This document shows, in pieces, positions 48,519 to 58,182 of a stretch of 64,000 bases of DNA. The DNA is from Patescibacteria group bacterium (GTDB lineage Bacteria; Patescibacteriota; Patescibacteriia; PEXW01): the NCBI GenBank assembly GCA_041671325.1, contig JBAZBR010000001.1, positions 153,771 through 217,770 of the forward strand, in the 5' to 3' direction. Position 1 is the stretch's first letter; the number at the start of each line of letters is the position of its first letter. The notes beneath the pieces were generated by a model. That model saw nothing but the letters and a program-made list of their open reading frames with translations, was not told where the DNA came from and made no database searches. The translations under genes were made by a program, and so were the position numbers.

Positions 48519-49337
48519 TTAATCTGTATGTTTCCACTCCGGTAAACCTTTAAGAAATGAATTGATGATTTCTTCGTTAATATTTAGACTTCGTAAGTTC
48601 TGCGTATCTATTTTTGTACGAAATTCTACACCGGCGCTTGATATACCCGGAAAGAAGAGTTTTTTAAGTTCCTTAGTAAAACCTAAATCATCAATGATTT
48701 GGTGAAGCGACTTTTTGAGAGTTGTTCTCATTCCCGACTCGATATCCTTTTTCGTATGCTTTTGATCAGGATGAGCAAAAACATACTCACAAAATTTATC
48801 ATTTTCGCTGTCAAAGTTAGGCCTACTAAGAATGCGGTCGTTAATAATCAGCTCACGGGTTTTGGGACGAAAAATAGAGTAAATGGAGCGGGGATCAATA
48901 CTATTATGTGAATAGACAATAGATTGTTTCTTCTTACTTCCAGCTTTCAACTTTTGAAAAGAAGGTTCGACATCTTCATATTCGTCTGCGACCCATTTTA
49001 AGTAGTTTTCAAAAGCAACATTATCAATAATTTGTATAGAAAAATGATCTAAGGGAGCGACATGATCGGTTAGGGTAATCCACCTGTACCGAATACCACC
49101 ACCCTCAAGTGAAGCTTTTTTTAGAATGCTTTCAACTTCGGATTGATTTTTTACAAGTCCTCGGCCGGCTTCGAAGAAGTCAGTCCATTTGATATTAAAA
49201 TTAACCTGATCACGTGGCGCTATCTCTTTTCGTTGCCGTATATAAAGTAATATCCTCTTTATCTTCAGAAGGCCGTCTCTCTTGAGTTGTAATTGATTCT
49301 TATCTTGTTGATCCATAGTAATAATATACTTGCACAA
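48519..49337 (-). CDS. hypothetical protein
   Basis: 272-aa ORF heading the replication operon; start uncertain (ATG near 49316). Confidence 0.65.
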   Translation of the reverse strand: MCKYIITMDQQDKNQLQLKRDGLLKIKRILLYIRQRKEIAPRDQVNFNIKWTDFFEAGRGLVKNQSEVESILKKASLEGGGIRYRWITLTDHVAPLDHFSIQIIDNVAFENYLKWVADEYEDVEPSFQKLKAGSKKKQSIVYSHNSIDPRSIYSIFRPKTRELIINDRILSRPNFDSENDKFCEYVFAHPDQKHTKKDIESGMRTTLKKSLHQIIDDLGFTKELKKLFFPGISSAGVEFRTKIDTQNLRSLNINEEIINSFLKGLPEWKHTD

Positions 49338-49585
49338 TGTCCTGCTTTTCAGTATGATTTTATCAGCTTCAAGACTTTTTTCAAGAGCAAATGCGTTAGC
49401 AGAATAGACAATTTTCGAGCCTAAACCTCACTTCGTGAGGCATGGTACCAAACCCCTTAGTAGATACTGAACCCCGTGTTCAGCGACTCTACTAAGGGTC
49501 ACATTCCGAAAGGGATGTGGGTGGCCGAAAGGTCGCTAGCTGGCGCGGGGTTTTGTGTTTTTACTCTCTTATCAAATCATAAACT

Positions 49586-49885
49586 ATGGAAAGTTCTGCA
49601 GAAAAAATTATCAAAGTGCAACAAAAAAGATACTACCATTGTGAAAAGTGTGGTTCCTATACAAGAGCGCCAATTGAAGAGCCAAACTTCTTTTTCCTGT
49701 TGTTGGGAGGTTTTCTGATAGCACTTATTCGTCAATGGGTAAAATCTAAGCCGCCTAAAGTATGCGTGAAATGCGGTAGTAGTATTACATCAAAAGAAAT
49801 ATTTTTAAGAACAGAGATGGGTAAAAGCCGAAAGGAAATTGCATTTTATTTACCCTCAGGTGATAGAGTTCAATCGCAAACTTAA
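49586..49885 (+). CDS. small Zn-ribbon membrane protein
   Basis: CEKC..TM..CVKC (LITAF-like arrangement). Confidence 0.6.
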   Translation: MESSAEKIIKVQQKRYYHCEKCGSYTRAPIEEPNFFFLLLGGFLIALIRQWVKSKPPKVCVKCGSSITSKEIFLRTEMGKSRKEIAFYLPSGDRVQSQT

Positions 49886-50143
49886 TATATGAAAATTGTT
49901 AAAGCTAAACAGTCTTTTATTATTCTTGCCGTACTGTGGTTTATGATGTTGATCCCGATTATTGTGGACGCTCATTTGAGTCGTGTTGGGGCACTGATTT
50001 TCTGGCTGCCCTTTTGCTTTATGATTTTCTACTTGTATCGTATTTTAACCCCATGACCTCACGTCTCGAAAAAGTACTCATTGTAAGTATGGGTTTTAAT
50101 TGTCATCCAATGTCCCGCCGCTGATGGTGGTGTAGCGGATGAC

Positions 50144-50362
50144 GTGGTCAATCTTATGCAACAGTCAAATTCAACCCATATAGTTATTGGTATCAGTGCT
50201 TTCATTGCCAGTTTTTTCTTCTATTTCATATTGCTTCCACGAAGTATCACGGTGAGTTATGCTTATGAAGATACCTTAAGCTTGAGTACTCTGTGGCTAG
50301 TTCTTGGTACTTTATGTTTTTGGATCGCTTTTTTGTGTGTGTATGGTTATTTCAAAAAATAA
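50144..50362 (+). CDS. small membrane protein
   Basis: Two hydrophobic segments. Confidence 0.4.
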   Translation: MVNLMQQSNSTHIVIGISAFIASFFFYFILLPRSITVSYAYEDTLSLSTLWLVLGTLCFWIAFLCVYGYFKK

Positions 50363-50437
50363 TAGAACATTATTATCTCGGCATGTCGATATAAAGAGAC
50401 TTTGTTCTACTGGATATAATGCTTTATCGAAATAGCA

Positions 50438-51283
50438 ATGTATAAAATTTTTATCTTTGAGGACGATCATTTTCTACGTGAGATGTATGTTGGGATGCTT
50501 AAGACAGAAGGTTTTGAGGTTTTTGAATTTGAATATCCGCCAATTAACGTGGTGGATATTATCGCTCAAGCAAAACCCGACGTGATAATATTTGGTATAC
50601 TGCCGAACCTTTCGGGTCCTGAAACTATTAAGCAGTTGCAAGTTGACCCAAGAACCAAGAATATCCCTTGTCTTGACCTTGGTAACATCAATAAACCTAT
50701 TGATAAAAAATCTCATAAATGGAGCGGCGCGGATGACTATAAAATGATGGCTGACATGATGCCTTCTGCTGTTATCAACCGCGCGAAGGCGTTGATCGGT
50801 TTGCCTCCAACTAAATATAAATCAGTATACAAACAGAAACCTTTAGAAACATTACAACCACCAGCTACGCCAACTAAAGTTGCAAATCCACAATACAACT
50901 TTAAAATAATGATGTTTGAAGATGATCTGTTTATGCAGGGAATGTATGAACTAAAATACCAAGCGCATGGTATTACAGTAGTTGCATTTGAATACCCACC
51001 AGTAAATGTTGCTGATGTAGTTGCAAAAGAAAAACCAGATGTAATATCTATGGGAGTAATTATGCCACACATGGATGGTTTTGAGGCAGCGGCTATTCTT
51101 CATAAAGATCCACGAACAAAAGCCATTCCACTTTTCTTTTTTACAAACATGGGGAGGAAAAAAGACATTGAAAAAGGCGTGTCTTTAGGAGCGGTAGATT
51201 ACATAATTAAAACTAATTGTCCTCCCCAGGCAGTTCTTGAAAGGGTAGTAACGATTGTACAAAAATCAAATGCTAACCATTAA
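50438..51283 (+). CDS. tandem double receiver-domain protein (pseudo-receivers)
   Basis: Two FEDD..PD...G..P...DPRTK.IP units; Gly at the phospho-Asp position in both. Confidence 0.85.
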   Translation: MYKIFIFEDDHFLREMYVGMLKTEGFEVFEFEYPPINVVDIIAQAKPDVIIFGILPNLSGPETIKQLQVDPRTKNIPCLDLGNINKPIDKKSHKWSGADDYKMMADMMPSAVINRAKALIGLPPTKYKSVYKQKPLETLQPPATPTKVANPQYNFKIMMFEDDLFMQGMYELKYQAHGITVVAFEYPPVNVADVVAKEKPDVISMGVIMPHMDGFEAAAILHKDPRTKAIPLFFFTNMGRKKDIEKGVSLGAVDYIIKTNCPPQAVLERVVTIVQKSNANH

Positions 51284-51458
51284 CCACGCTAGAAAGCTAA
51301 TTGGCGACAGTGCGCTTACTGATGATGAAGTTCAGGATATTATGGATAGACTTTACCAACTGGCAGCAACTGGGTTAGATCATTACGTTGCTTATCGTAA
51401 AAACGGAAAGGAGGAAAGTGATGTAGCGCCATTTTTTATAAAAAGGGGAAACGTGTAG
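51270..51458 (+). CDS. small hypothetical protein
   Basis: MLTINHARKLIGDSALTDDEVQDIMDRLYQLA...; overlaps the upstream stop. Confidence 0.5.
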   Translation: MLTINHARKLIGDSALTDDEVQDIMDRLYQLAATGLDHYVAYRKNGKEESDVAPFFIKRGNV

Positions 51459-51614
51459 TAGGTTAAAAGATTTAGAGCAGCCCTTTCTGCAGAAGGTATG
51501 GCGGTTAGTACGGATTTTTTACGTTTTAAAGTAGTAAGTAACAGGGTGGGGACGCTTGACGACCTGAGCAAATTACGAGAGGATTAAGCCATCAAATTTT
51601 AACCATATACACCT

Positions 51615-52544
51615 ATGGACAACCAACCTCAACCAACAACATCAACTAATAAAGCTCTGTGGATCGTGCTTATTATTGTAGTCCTCGCAATTGCCGGGTA
51701 TGGGATATATACGCTTGTTTCTAATCAAGACAATGAAAATACTAACAATGCCAATACCGCCGTAAACCAGAATACGAATGTGGTTGCTAATTCAAACATT
51801 GCTCTGAATCAGAACACGAATAGCGCCATAAACGGAAATGCGAATCTGAATGTGAATGCCGAGAATACAAATGGTTCGGTTAGCGCTAACCAGAATAGTA
51901 ATACATCCATAGTCAGTTTTACAAAAGGGTCATATGATTATACTGACCAACTGAAGAATTCATTTACCAACGCTACCTATTACATTCGTAAAGCGACCGG
52001 TGAACAGTTTTGTGGTGTAAATGGATCTGGGGTATGTGAATTGGTTCGAGCAGAAACCAATGAGTCGTTCATGGTTGTGGCGAACCTCTTTTTTAAAGAA
52101 ACTCCAAAGACATCTGGTGCGCTCCAGGGTGCATCGCTCCTTACGTTCTCTGATGCTAACACGCTTATCATTAAGTATGCTTCGGGTGACCATGGTGGCA
52201 GCAGTAGTAGCGTATACGCCTATAATCTTAAGACTAAGAATTTGCAACAAAAAATTGTTTTTATTCAAGCGGAATCCAGCACTTCTGGCACATACGGTGT
52301 TGATTACTACCAGATTGAAAAAGATGGAAAGAAGCTAGTTTTTGTGAACAACTCTACATCTACGTATACAACGGTAGGTATATTTACTGTCTCAGGCTCT
52401 ACAGTCACGCCCCTCTCTTCATCTATCACAACGCCTTTTACGGTGGTGTTTGATGTAGCAAAAAATTACCAGAATAATAGAATTTCATTGCTAGTTAATA
52501 ATACTACTCTCACATTTGATTTTTTAACCCTCAGATTCGAGTAG
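51615..52544 (+). CDS. membrane-anchored surface protein with Asn-rich linker
   Basis: N-terminal TM, then NTNNANTAVNQNTN low-complexity stalk and a beta-rich domain. Confidence 0.8.
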   Translation: MDNQPQPTTSTNKALWIVLIIVVLAIAGYGIYTLVSNQDNENTNNANTAVNQNTNVVANSNIALNQNTNSAINGNANLNVNAENTNGSVSANQNSNTSIVSFTKGSYDYTDQLKNSFTNATYYIRKATGEQFCGVNGSGVCELVRAETNESFMVVANLFFKETPKTSGALQGASLLTFSDANTLIIKYASGDHGGSSSSVYAYNLKTKNLQQKIVFIQAESSTSGTYGVDYYQIEKDGKKLVFVNNSTSTYTTVGIFTVSGSTVTPLSSSITTPFTVVFDVAKNYQNNRISLLVNNTTLTFDFLTLRFE

Positions 52545-52608
52545 TTACAAATCCAATAACGGACATTCACAACTTAATACTTAACTAAAACCCAAACACA
52601 GGAGGTCA

Positions 52609-55332
52609 GTGATGAAACTGACAAAAGTAATGTGGCTAGTAGTAGTCACAGTTGTTCTCTGGACTGCTGGACTTTCTCTAGCTGCAGAAGGACCGGCGAT
52701 GTTACCGATCTTTGGTAACCACGCAAGGGGCGCCTCAGCAGGTTGGAAGTTCACGGAGTACGCATGTGGGTATCCAAATGGGTGTGTTTATCACCCTGGG
52801 TGGGACTTTAATTTGTCCAATCCAAACGATGCCCATCAGAATGTTTACGCCATTGCGGACGGCACGGTGGTTAGCGCGGCGCCCCATTACCCAACCACAT
52901 GGGGATCCGTAATTATTGAGCATAACATCAATGGACAGCACTTTTACTCACAGTATGGTCACTGTGAAGAAGTATTTGTTATTGCTAACCAGCAAGTGCA
53001 TAAGGGGAATCGAATTGCAAAGGTTGGCGACATTGGCGCACAAGGTGCGTACCATTTGCACTGGGAGATAAGAACAACCTCTCATGAGAACCCGGCTCTT
53101 CTGGATTACTGGACTGATAATCTAAAGAATCAAGCAACGGTTGAATCTTGGTACCGTAATCCTGAACGCATGATTGTCCGTCTGGACATTGATGCCGAAC
53201 GACAATCACAAGGCGAAGGGAACTATGGCAGTCTGGTGCAGGACAACGACTGGTTTATTCCCCTGAACGCCGATGCTCCGTACAACGGTGACAACACCCC
53301 GAAGACTTGTTACGTCCAAAGATGGTCGGGTGGCACGTTCGGCCCCTGTGGCGTTATCTATGATGCTCTCGGTGGAACTCGTACCGCCTATACAGTTCGT
53401 AACGGTTTCTGGGGTACGTGGAACGGTGCGGGTGGCCCCTCGAGCTCCATTGGCATACCCATAACCAATGAGTACAACAATGGCGGCTCAACTGCCAGAC
53501 AGGATTTTCAGAAAGGATACCTGTATTGGAACGGTAGTTCAGTGTCAGTCAATTACTATCCAAACTGTTCGCCTGGTTGGACCTCATCAGGCTGGAACAA
53601 CCAGTACTCGTATCTCTTCGCTCGGGCGTATGAACGCAACGGTGCGCGAAATGCGCTCGGTGAGGCAATTGGGCAGGTAAATGGCTGGAACGGTTTCTTT
53701 CGTCAGAATTTCACTGACGGTCGCTGTGTAATATACGACCCGAACAACGCTGTGGACAATTCTGCAGCGACGAACGAGGCGTACTACCTCACTGGCAACT
53801 TCTACACCGTGTATTTCCAAGAGTACCCGAGCGCCTGGCAAACCATCGGCCCCCCGACGCGCGATCGCGAGGGAAATGTGCAGTACTTTAAGACTGGCCG
53901 GATGGTGGAAGAGGCGAACGGCGTAATCCGCGTGTACAACGCGAGTGGCCAGCAAGTGTGGACGAACTACGTTGGGGGTGCTGGTGGCGGAGGAGACCCG
54001 TACGTCGACCTCGCCGTTCTGTACGATTACGGCGGGTGCCAGACGCGAGCCCATACGTTCCTGTCTACGGGTAGTACGTTCAACTACCAAGGTAACGAAG
54101 GCTGGGCGATCCTGAACAACTATTGCTTGCAGTATGTTGTGCGGAGCGTATCTGGCGACTTCGACGGTAATGGCGTTGCCGATGTGGCCATGCTTTACCA
54201 ATACGGCGAGTGTAGCGTCGGCATCCACGTGCTCCTCTCTACGGGTGCAAGCTTCACATACCAACCATACTGGTGGCAGTCGAGTGGGTTCTGTCCATAC
54301 GCCATCAGGGGTATGGTTGCCGGTGACTTCAATGGCGATGGTAAGGATGATATTGCCACGGTCTACGACTTCGGGAACAACCAAATCCGCATCTTCGTCT
54401 TGCTCTCTACAGGCAGTGGCTTCGCGTACCAGCCAGGAAACGAAGCCTGGTTGATTAACTACAGCTACGATGGGAGTGCGGTGAAGTTCGTGAACGCTGG
54501 TGATTTGAACGCCGACGGTAAAGACGACATTGTCATGGCCTACCGTTACGGCCCCTCAAGTACAGCGTTGCACGTCTTCCTTTCCACGGGTTCCAGCTTC
54601 ACATATCAGTCCTTCTGGTTCTGGGCTGATGGCTGGTTCGCCCTGGACGCCATGAAGTTCATGGAGATGGGTGACCTGAATGGCGATGGGAAGTGCGACG
54701 TGGTTATGGCCTGTCGGTACGGGTCGAATGAAATGGCTCTGCTCACATTCCTCTCCACCGGTACTGGCTTTAACTACCAGGGCTGGTGGTACCACAACGT
54801 CTCCTACAGCCTAGATGCTGTGAAATACATGGCGGTTGGGGATATCACTGGTGATGGCCTGGCCGACGTAGCTATGTCTTACCTCTATAGTGAGTATTCC
54901 GGTGCCATCCACTGTTTTACTTCCAGTGGTTCGGGCTTCAACTACTCGCCGTGGTGGTGGCAGAGTACGAGCTACGGCTGGGACCATACGAACGGTTTCT
55001 TCCTTGGGAAGTTCGACGGCAGCGGTACGCCAAAAGTGCTGGCAGGTGATCAGGAATGTTCACTCCCGCTGATGTTCCAGCTTAACCAGAATTACCCGAA
55101 CCCATTTAACCCGGCAACAGTAATTGCCTATACGTTACCAAGCGCCACGCACGTAACCCTAGAGGTGTACAACGTCTTGGGTCAGCGTGTTACGACTTTG
55201 GTAGATGAACAGCAAACAGCAGGTGAGCATACCGCTACTTGGGATGCTAACCCCTACTCTTCCGGCGTGTACTTCTATCGTCTCCGAGCTGGAGAAGCCA
55301 CGGAGACGAAAAAGATGCTCTTGCTGAAATGA
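52609..55332 (+). CDS. secreted M23 peptidase plus LGFP-like and FG-GAP/VCBS repeats plus T9SS-type C-terminal domain
   Basis: Signal peptide; HPGWD, YGH, HLHWEIR; five GD.[NDT]G/ADG..D repeats; QNYPNPFNP...SSGVYFYRL...TKKMLLLK; GGAGG RBS. Confidence 0.88.
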   Translation: MMKLTKVMWLVVVTVVLWTAGLSLAAEGPAMLPIFGNHARGASAGWKFTEYACGYPNGCVYHPGWDFNLSNPNDAHQNVYAIADGTVVSAAPHYPTTWGSVIIEHNINGQHFYSQYGHCEEVFVIANQQVHKGNRIAKVGDIGAQGAYHLHWEIRTTSHENPALLDYWTDNLKNQATVESWYRNPERMIVRLDIDAERQSQGEGNYGSLVQDNDWFIPLNADAPYNGDNTPKTCYVQRWSGGTFGPCGVIYDALGGTRTAYTVRNGFWGTWNGAGGPSSSIGIPITNEYNNGGSTARQDFQKGYLYWNGSSVSVNYYPNCSPGWTSSGWNNQYSYLFARAYERNGARNALGEAIGQVNGWNGFFRQNFTDGRCVIYDPNNAVDNSAATNEAYYLTGNFYTVYFQEYPSAWQTIGPPTRDREGNVQYFKTGRMVEEANGVIRVYNASGQQVWTNYVGGAGGGGDPYVDLAVLYDYGGCQTRAHTFLSTGSTFNYQGNEGWAILNNYCLQYVVRSVSGDFDGNGVADVAMLYQYGECSVGIHVLLSTGASFTYQPYWWQSSGFCPYAIRGMVAGDFNGDGKDDIATVYDFGNNQIRIFVLLSTGSGFAYQPGNEAWLINYSYDGSAVKFVNAGDLNADGKDDIVMAYRYGPSSTALHVFLSTGSSFTYQSFWFWADGWFALDAMKFMEMGDLNGDGKCDVVMACRYGSNEMALLTFLSTGTGFNYQGWWYHNVSYSLDAVKYMAVGDITGDGLADVAMSYLYSEYSGAIHCFTSSGSGFNYSPWWWQSTSYGWDHTNGFFLGKFDGSGTPKVLAGDQECSLPLMFQLNQNYPNPFNPATVIAYTLPSATHVTLEVYNVLGQRVTTLVDEQQTAGEHTATWDANPYSSGVYFYRLRAGEATETKKMLLLK

Positions 55333-55351
55333 TCTTAACCTTAAACATCAA

Positions 55352-55384
55352 CACGCCCTGCGGACTATCCGTGGGGCGTTTTTC
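55352..55384 (+). terminator. intrinsic terminator
   Basis: ACGCCCTGCGGA/TCCGTGGGGCGT stem followed by TTTT. Confidence 0.7.
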
Positions 55385-55499
55385 AATTCAGAAATTTAAA
55401 ATTAGCAATAGTGAGTTGCGGTAATCACGAAAATTTTTTATAGTAAAGACTATTTTTAATGGATCTTGCCTCCCAAATATAACTCATTAGGTGTAAGAT

Positions 55500-56432
55500 T
55501 TGATCATGCGAAAGCCCCTAGAAAAACTTAGAAAAATTGGCCTAAAGCATGCTCTTAGCACGCGTCTTTACGGAATCGTTGGTGTTTTTATTGTATTATC
55601 CTTCGCCATCCCCCAGTTATCACTAGCGTCAACAATTACCGCTCGTTCTTTGGCACTCAAGCTTACCGTACACGCAGAGGATGGAGCCGGGTATGTTCGT
55701 TCTGCATTTAAGCTATGGATTGATGCTGACCATGACGGTTGTGATACGCGACAGGAGGTATTGATTGTTGAATCAAAGGTTAAACCTAAGCTTGGAGCCA
55801 AATGTAAAATTATCTCGGGCAAGTGGATATCCTGGTATGACAACAAAACCTGGACGAAACCTGCTGACGTTGCTATTGATCATGTTGTCCCTCTTAAGGA
55901 AGCCTGGGATTCTGGGGCAAAATTTTGGACAGCCGCAACCCGCGAGCGTTATGCAAACGATTTAAGTTTCAGTTGGGGACTTGATGCCATAACTAGCAAA
56001 GTTAACTCCAGTAAGGGTGACAAAGACCCCGCTCAGTGGCTCCCTCCACTCACTTCCGCACGGTGTACCTATGCTATCCATTGGGTTGCAATTAAATACC
56101 GATGGAAGCTTACCGTTGACTCTGCTGAGCAAAAAAAGTTACTATCCATCCTCTCTGGTACCTGTGGCTCACGTACACTTACAGTACCAACTGTAATTGC
56201 TACAAGTACCACGATAAATCAAAATACCAATGCAAACACTAATACAATCAACACCAGTGCGCCTATTATTGCCCCGGTCCAGACGCCCGCACCAACACCA
56301 GTAGTTGTTACTCCAGTACCTAACACGAGTTCCTGTTGCAAAGTTTGTACAAGCGGGCAAGCTTGTGGCGATAGCTGTATTTCTTGGTCTTACACATGCC
56401 ATAAGGGCGTAGGCTGCGCCTGCCAAGGATAA
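55500..56432 (+). CDS. secreted HNH nuclease (DUF1524-like) with Cys-rich tail
   Basis: WIDAD.DGCDTRQEVL, IDHVVPLKEAW.SGA, N.SKGDKDPAQWLP; C-terminal CCKVC..G.ACGDSCI....CHK..GCAC. Confidence 0.88.
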   Translation: MIMRKPLEKLRKIGLKHALSTRLYGIVGVFIVLSFAIPQLSLASTITARSLALKLTVHAEDGAGYVRSAFKLWIDADHDGCDTRQEVLIVESKVKPKLGAKCKIISGKWISWYDNKTWTKPADVAIDHVVPLKEAWDSGAKFWTAATRERYANDLSFSWGLDAITSKVNSSKGDKDPAQWLPPLTSARCTYAIHWVAIKYRWKLTVDSAEQKKLLSILSGTCGSRTLTVPTVIATSTTINQNTNANTNTINTSAPIIAPVQTPAPTPVVVTPVPNTSSCCKVCTSGQACGDSCISWSYTCHKGVGCACQG

Positions 56433-56441
56433 ATCATTCCA

Positions 56442-56990
56442 ATGTCAATGAAATGGAACAAAGCTAGTACCCTAGTGGTTTTACTTTTTCTTGTAACAGT
56501 AACTCTAAATTTTTATTATGGTTCTGTTTTATATTCAAAAGTATTAGGGAAGCAGTACCAATTCACTATTGGCAAGGAATGTTTTAAATCACGTCCTGAT
56601 TGCGAAGCAAAGTATTTTCAAGGTTATTTAGATAAAATTGGTTCTCTTACCAATGAGAGCAGAACCTATTTTTCAAACATCATTATTCAAAACAACCAAA
56701 AAGGATATACAGGAAATTGTCCTTGTCCTTACGATAGTGATAGTGCGGGGAATAGTTGTGGAGGGAGATCTAGTTACTCAAAAAATGGACGAATATCATT
56801 TTGCTATGACTCCGATGTACCAGCTGAACAGATTGTGGACTTAAAGAGCTCGATGATTGCTCAGGAAAGAAAAAATCTTGATGATGCTATACAAAAAGAT
56901 ATTAACATTTATCACGAACAGTACACATTGCTTATAGTAGTAATTATATATAGTGTGATATTTTTCTACTTTAAAAATAAAAAATATTGA
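56442..56990 (+). CDS. membrane protein with CPCPY..CG.RS.YS Cys motif
   Basis: TM at both ends; YTGNCPCPYDSDSAGNSCGGRSSYSK. Confidence 0.7.
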   Translation: MSMKWNKASTLVVLLFLVTVTLNFYYGSVLYSKVLGKQYQFTIGKECFKSRPDCEAKYFQGYLDKIGSLTNESRTYFSNIIIQNNQKGYTGNCPCPYDSDSAGNSCGGRSSYSKNGRISFCYDSDVPAEQIVDLKSSMIAQERKNLDDAIQKDINIYHEQYTLLIVVIIYSVIFFYFKNKKY

Positions 56991-57191
56991 AGGAATCTCC
57001 CTAGACACTGACACTTTAACGTTAAATAGAATTTAGCCATGATGTTGCTTTAAAAATTTTTTATTTTTTTCTAACAAACGAGGCGTATACTAGAGAAAAA
57101 TTTGGAGACGGCTCTTTATTTCAGGTGGGTAGGGGGGGGCGGTAATAAAACTTCACAAAATGAGTAGTATTGAGTATACTTGAGTTGCTTT

Positions 57192-57716
57192 ATGAATATC
57201 GCAATAACGGGCAATAGAAGAATATCCGAGACAATTCTTTACTTGCTCAAACGAGCTGATGAGAGAGGGGTACACAACCTCTCGAAATTTCAAATTATGA
57301 AACTTCTATACCTAATTGAGGTAGAGTATAGGAGATATCTTGGGAAAGGATTCTTTGAGACGCCAACATTTACAAGATTTGATCGAGGACCAATTCTTAA
57401 TGAAGCATATCCAATTATTGATACATTAATTTCAAGTGGTAAGGTCAAACTAACAATTCAAAGAAACCCAGGGTATGGACACGATAGGCATAGCCATTCT
57501 TTAAACAATCCAGATATTAAGGTGAGCCTTAGAGATGGAGAAAAAATATTCTTGAATAGTATTATTGATAGCTACATTGAATTAACACAAGCAAAATTGA
57601 GTAAAATTGCATACTCAACCGAACCAATGAAGAAAGTTCTGGCTAAAGAAAAAGGGGGAGAAATTTCTAAAGAAGCATTAGACATGGGACTAGTAAAAAA
57701 ACAAAGCTTTGGCTAA
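57192..57716 (+). CDS. Panacea (DUF4065/SocA-like) antitoxin
   Basis: ILYLL..LSKFQIMKLLYL.E.....G......F.....GP; L....Y..EP. Confidence 0.78.
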   Translation: MNIAITGNRRISETILYLLKRADERGVHNLSKFQIMKLLYLIEVEYRRYLGKGFFETPTFTRFDRGPILNEAYPIIDTLISSGKVKLTIQRNPGYGHDRHSHSLNNPDIKVSLRDGEKIFLNSIIDSYIELTQAKLSKIAYSTEPMKKVLAKEKGGEISKEALDMGLVKKQSFG

Positions 57717-58134
57717 TCCACCGGGATCAATACTTCATTTTACTAAGTACGTTTTCCTGGATAATAATGAGGCCAGGAACCATTTCGCTTTGCTTCTTAT
57801 CCCAGAGGACAAGACTAGTTTTACTAGAAGCGTTTGGTGTTGCGTCATTTCGTCAAACATTGATTACACCACTGGAATGAAAAAGTATTGTGTAAGGTTG
57901 GGAGAACGCTACCCATGTTTTTTACACCGTACTTACGTACACACTCACAAAATTGATTTACAGGAGAAAATTAATCTTCATAGAAACAACCCACGTGGGC
58001 TATTACGTGGAAGTGATCTCCGTCTTGTATTTCGAAAACTTCAAAGTTATATCTCTTCAAAAACATCATTAGAACCTGAAATCAAAGCCACCATATTCAG
58101 AGAGTGGCAGTTGCATTATGGGACCCTGCTTTGA
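57709..58134 (+). CDS. putative toxin, possibly PemK/MazF-like fold
   Basis: Overlaps the Panacea gene; PG.I..., 'HFALLL', 'CCVISS' beta-strand pattern reminiscent of PemK. Confidence 0.5.
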   Translation: MANPPGSILHFTKYVFLDNNEARNHFALLLIPEDKTSFTRSVWCCVISSNIDYTTGMKKYCVRLGERYPCFLHRTYVHTHKIDLQEKINLHRNNPRGLLRGSDLRLVFRKLQSYISSKTSLEPEIKATIFREWQLHYGTLL

Positions 58135-58182
58135 AGATGAGTTTTGTCCTGATTAAATAGTGAGTACTGGGGTGGGGTAAAT

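Noticed and set aside
53587-54384. 265-aa minus-strand ORF
   Set aside because: Antisense shadow of the GC-rich M23/FG-GAP gene
54150-54870. Periodic repeats that could suggest a CRISPR array or a second VR set
   Set aside because: They are degenerate protein-coding FG-GAP repeats; no identical spaced repeats or cas genes were seen anywhere in the window
57125-57142. G-rich run upstream of the Panacea gene
   Set aside because: Non-coding single tract with no frame or promoter relationship I can support
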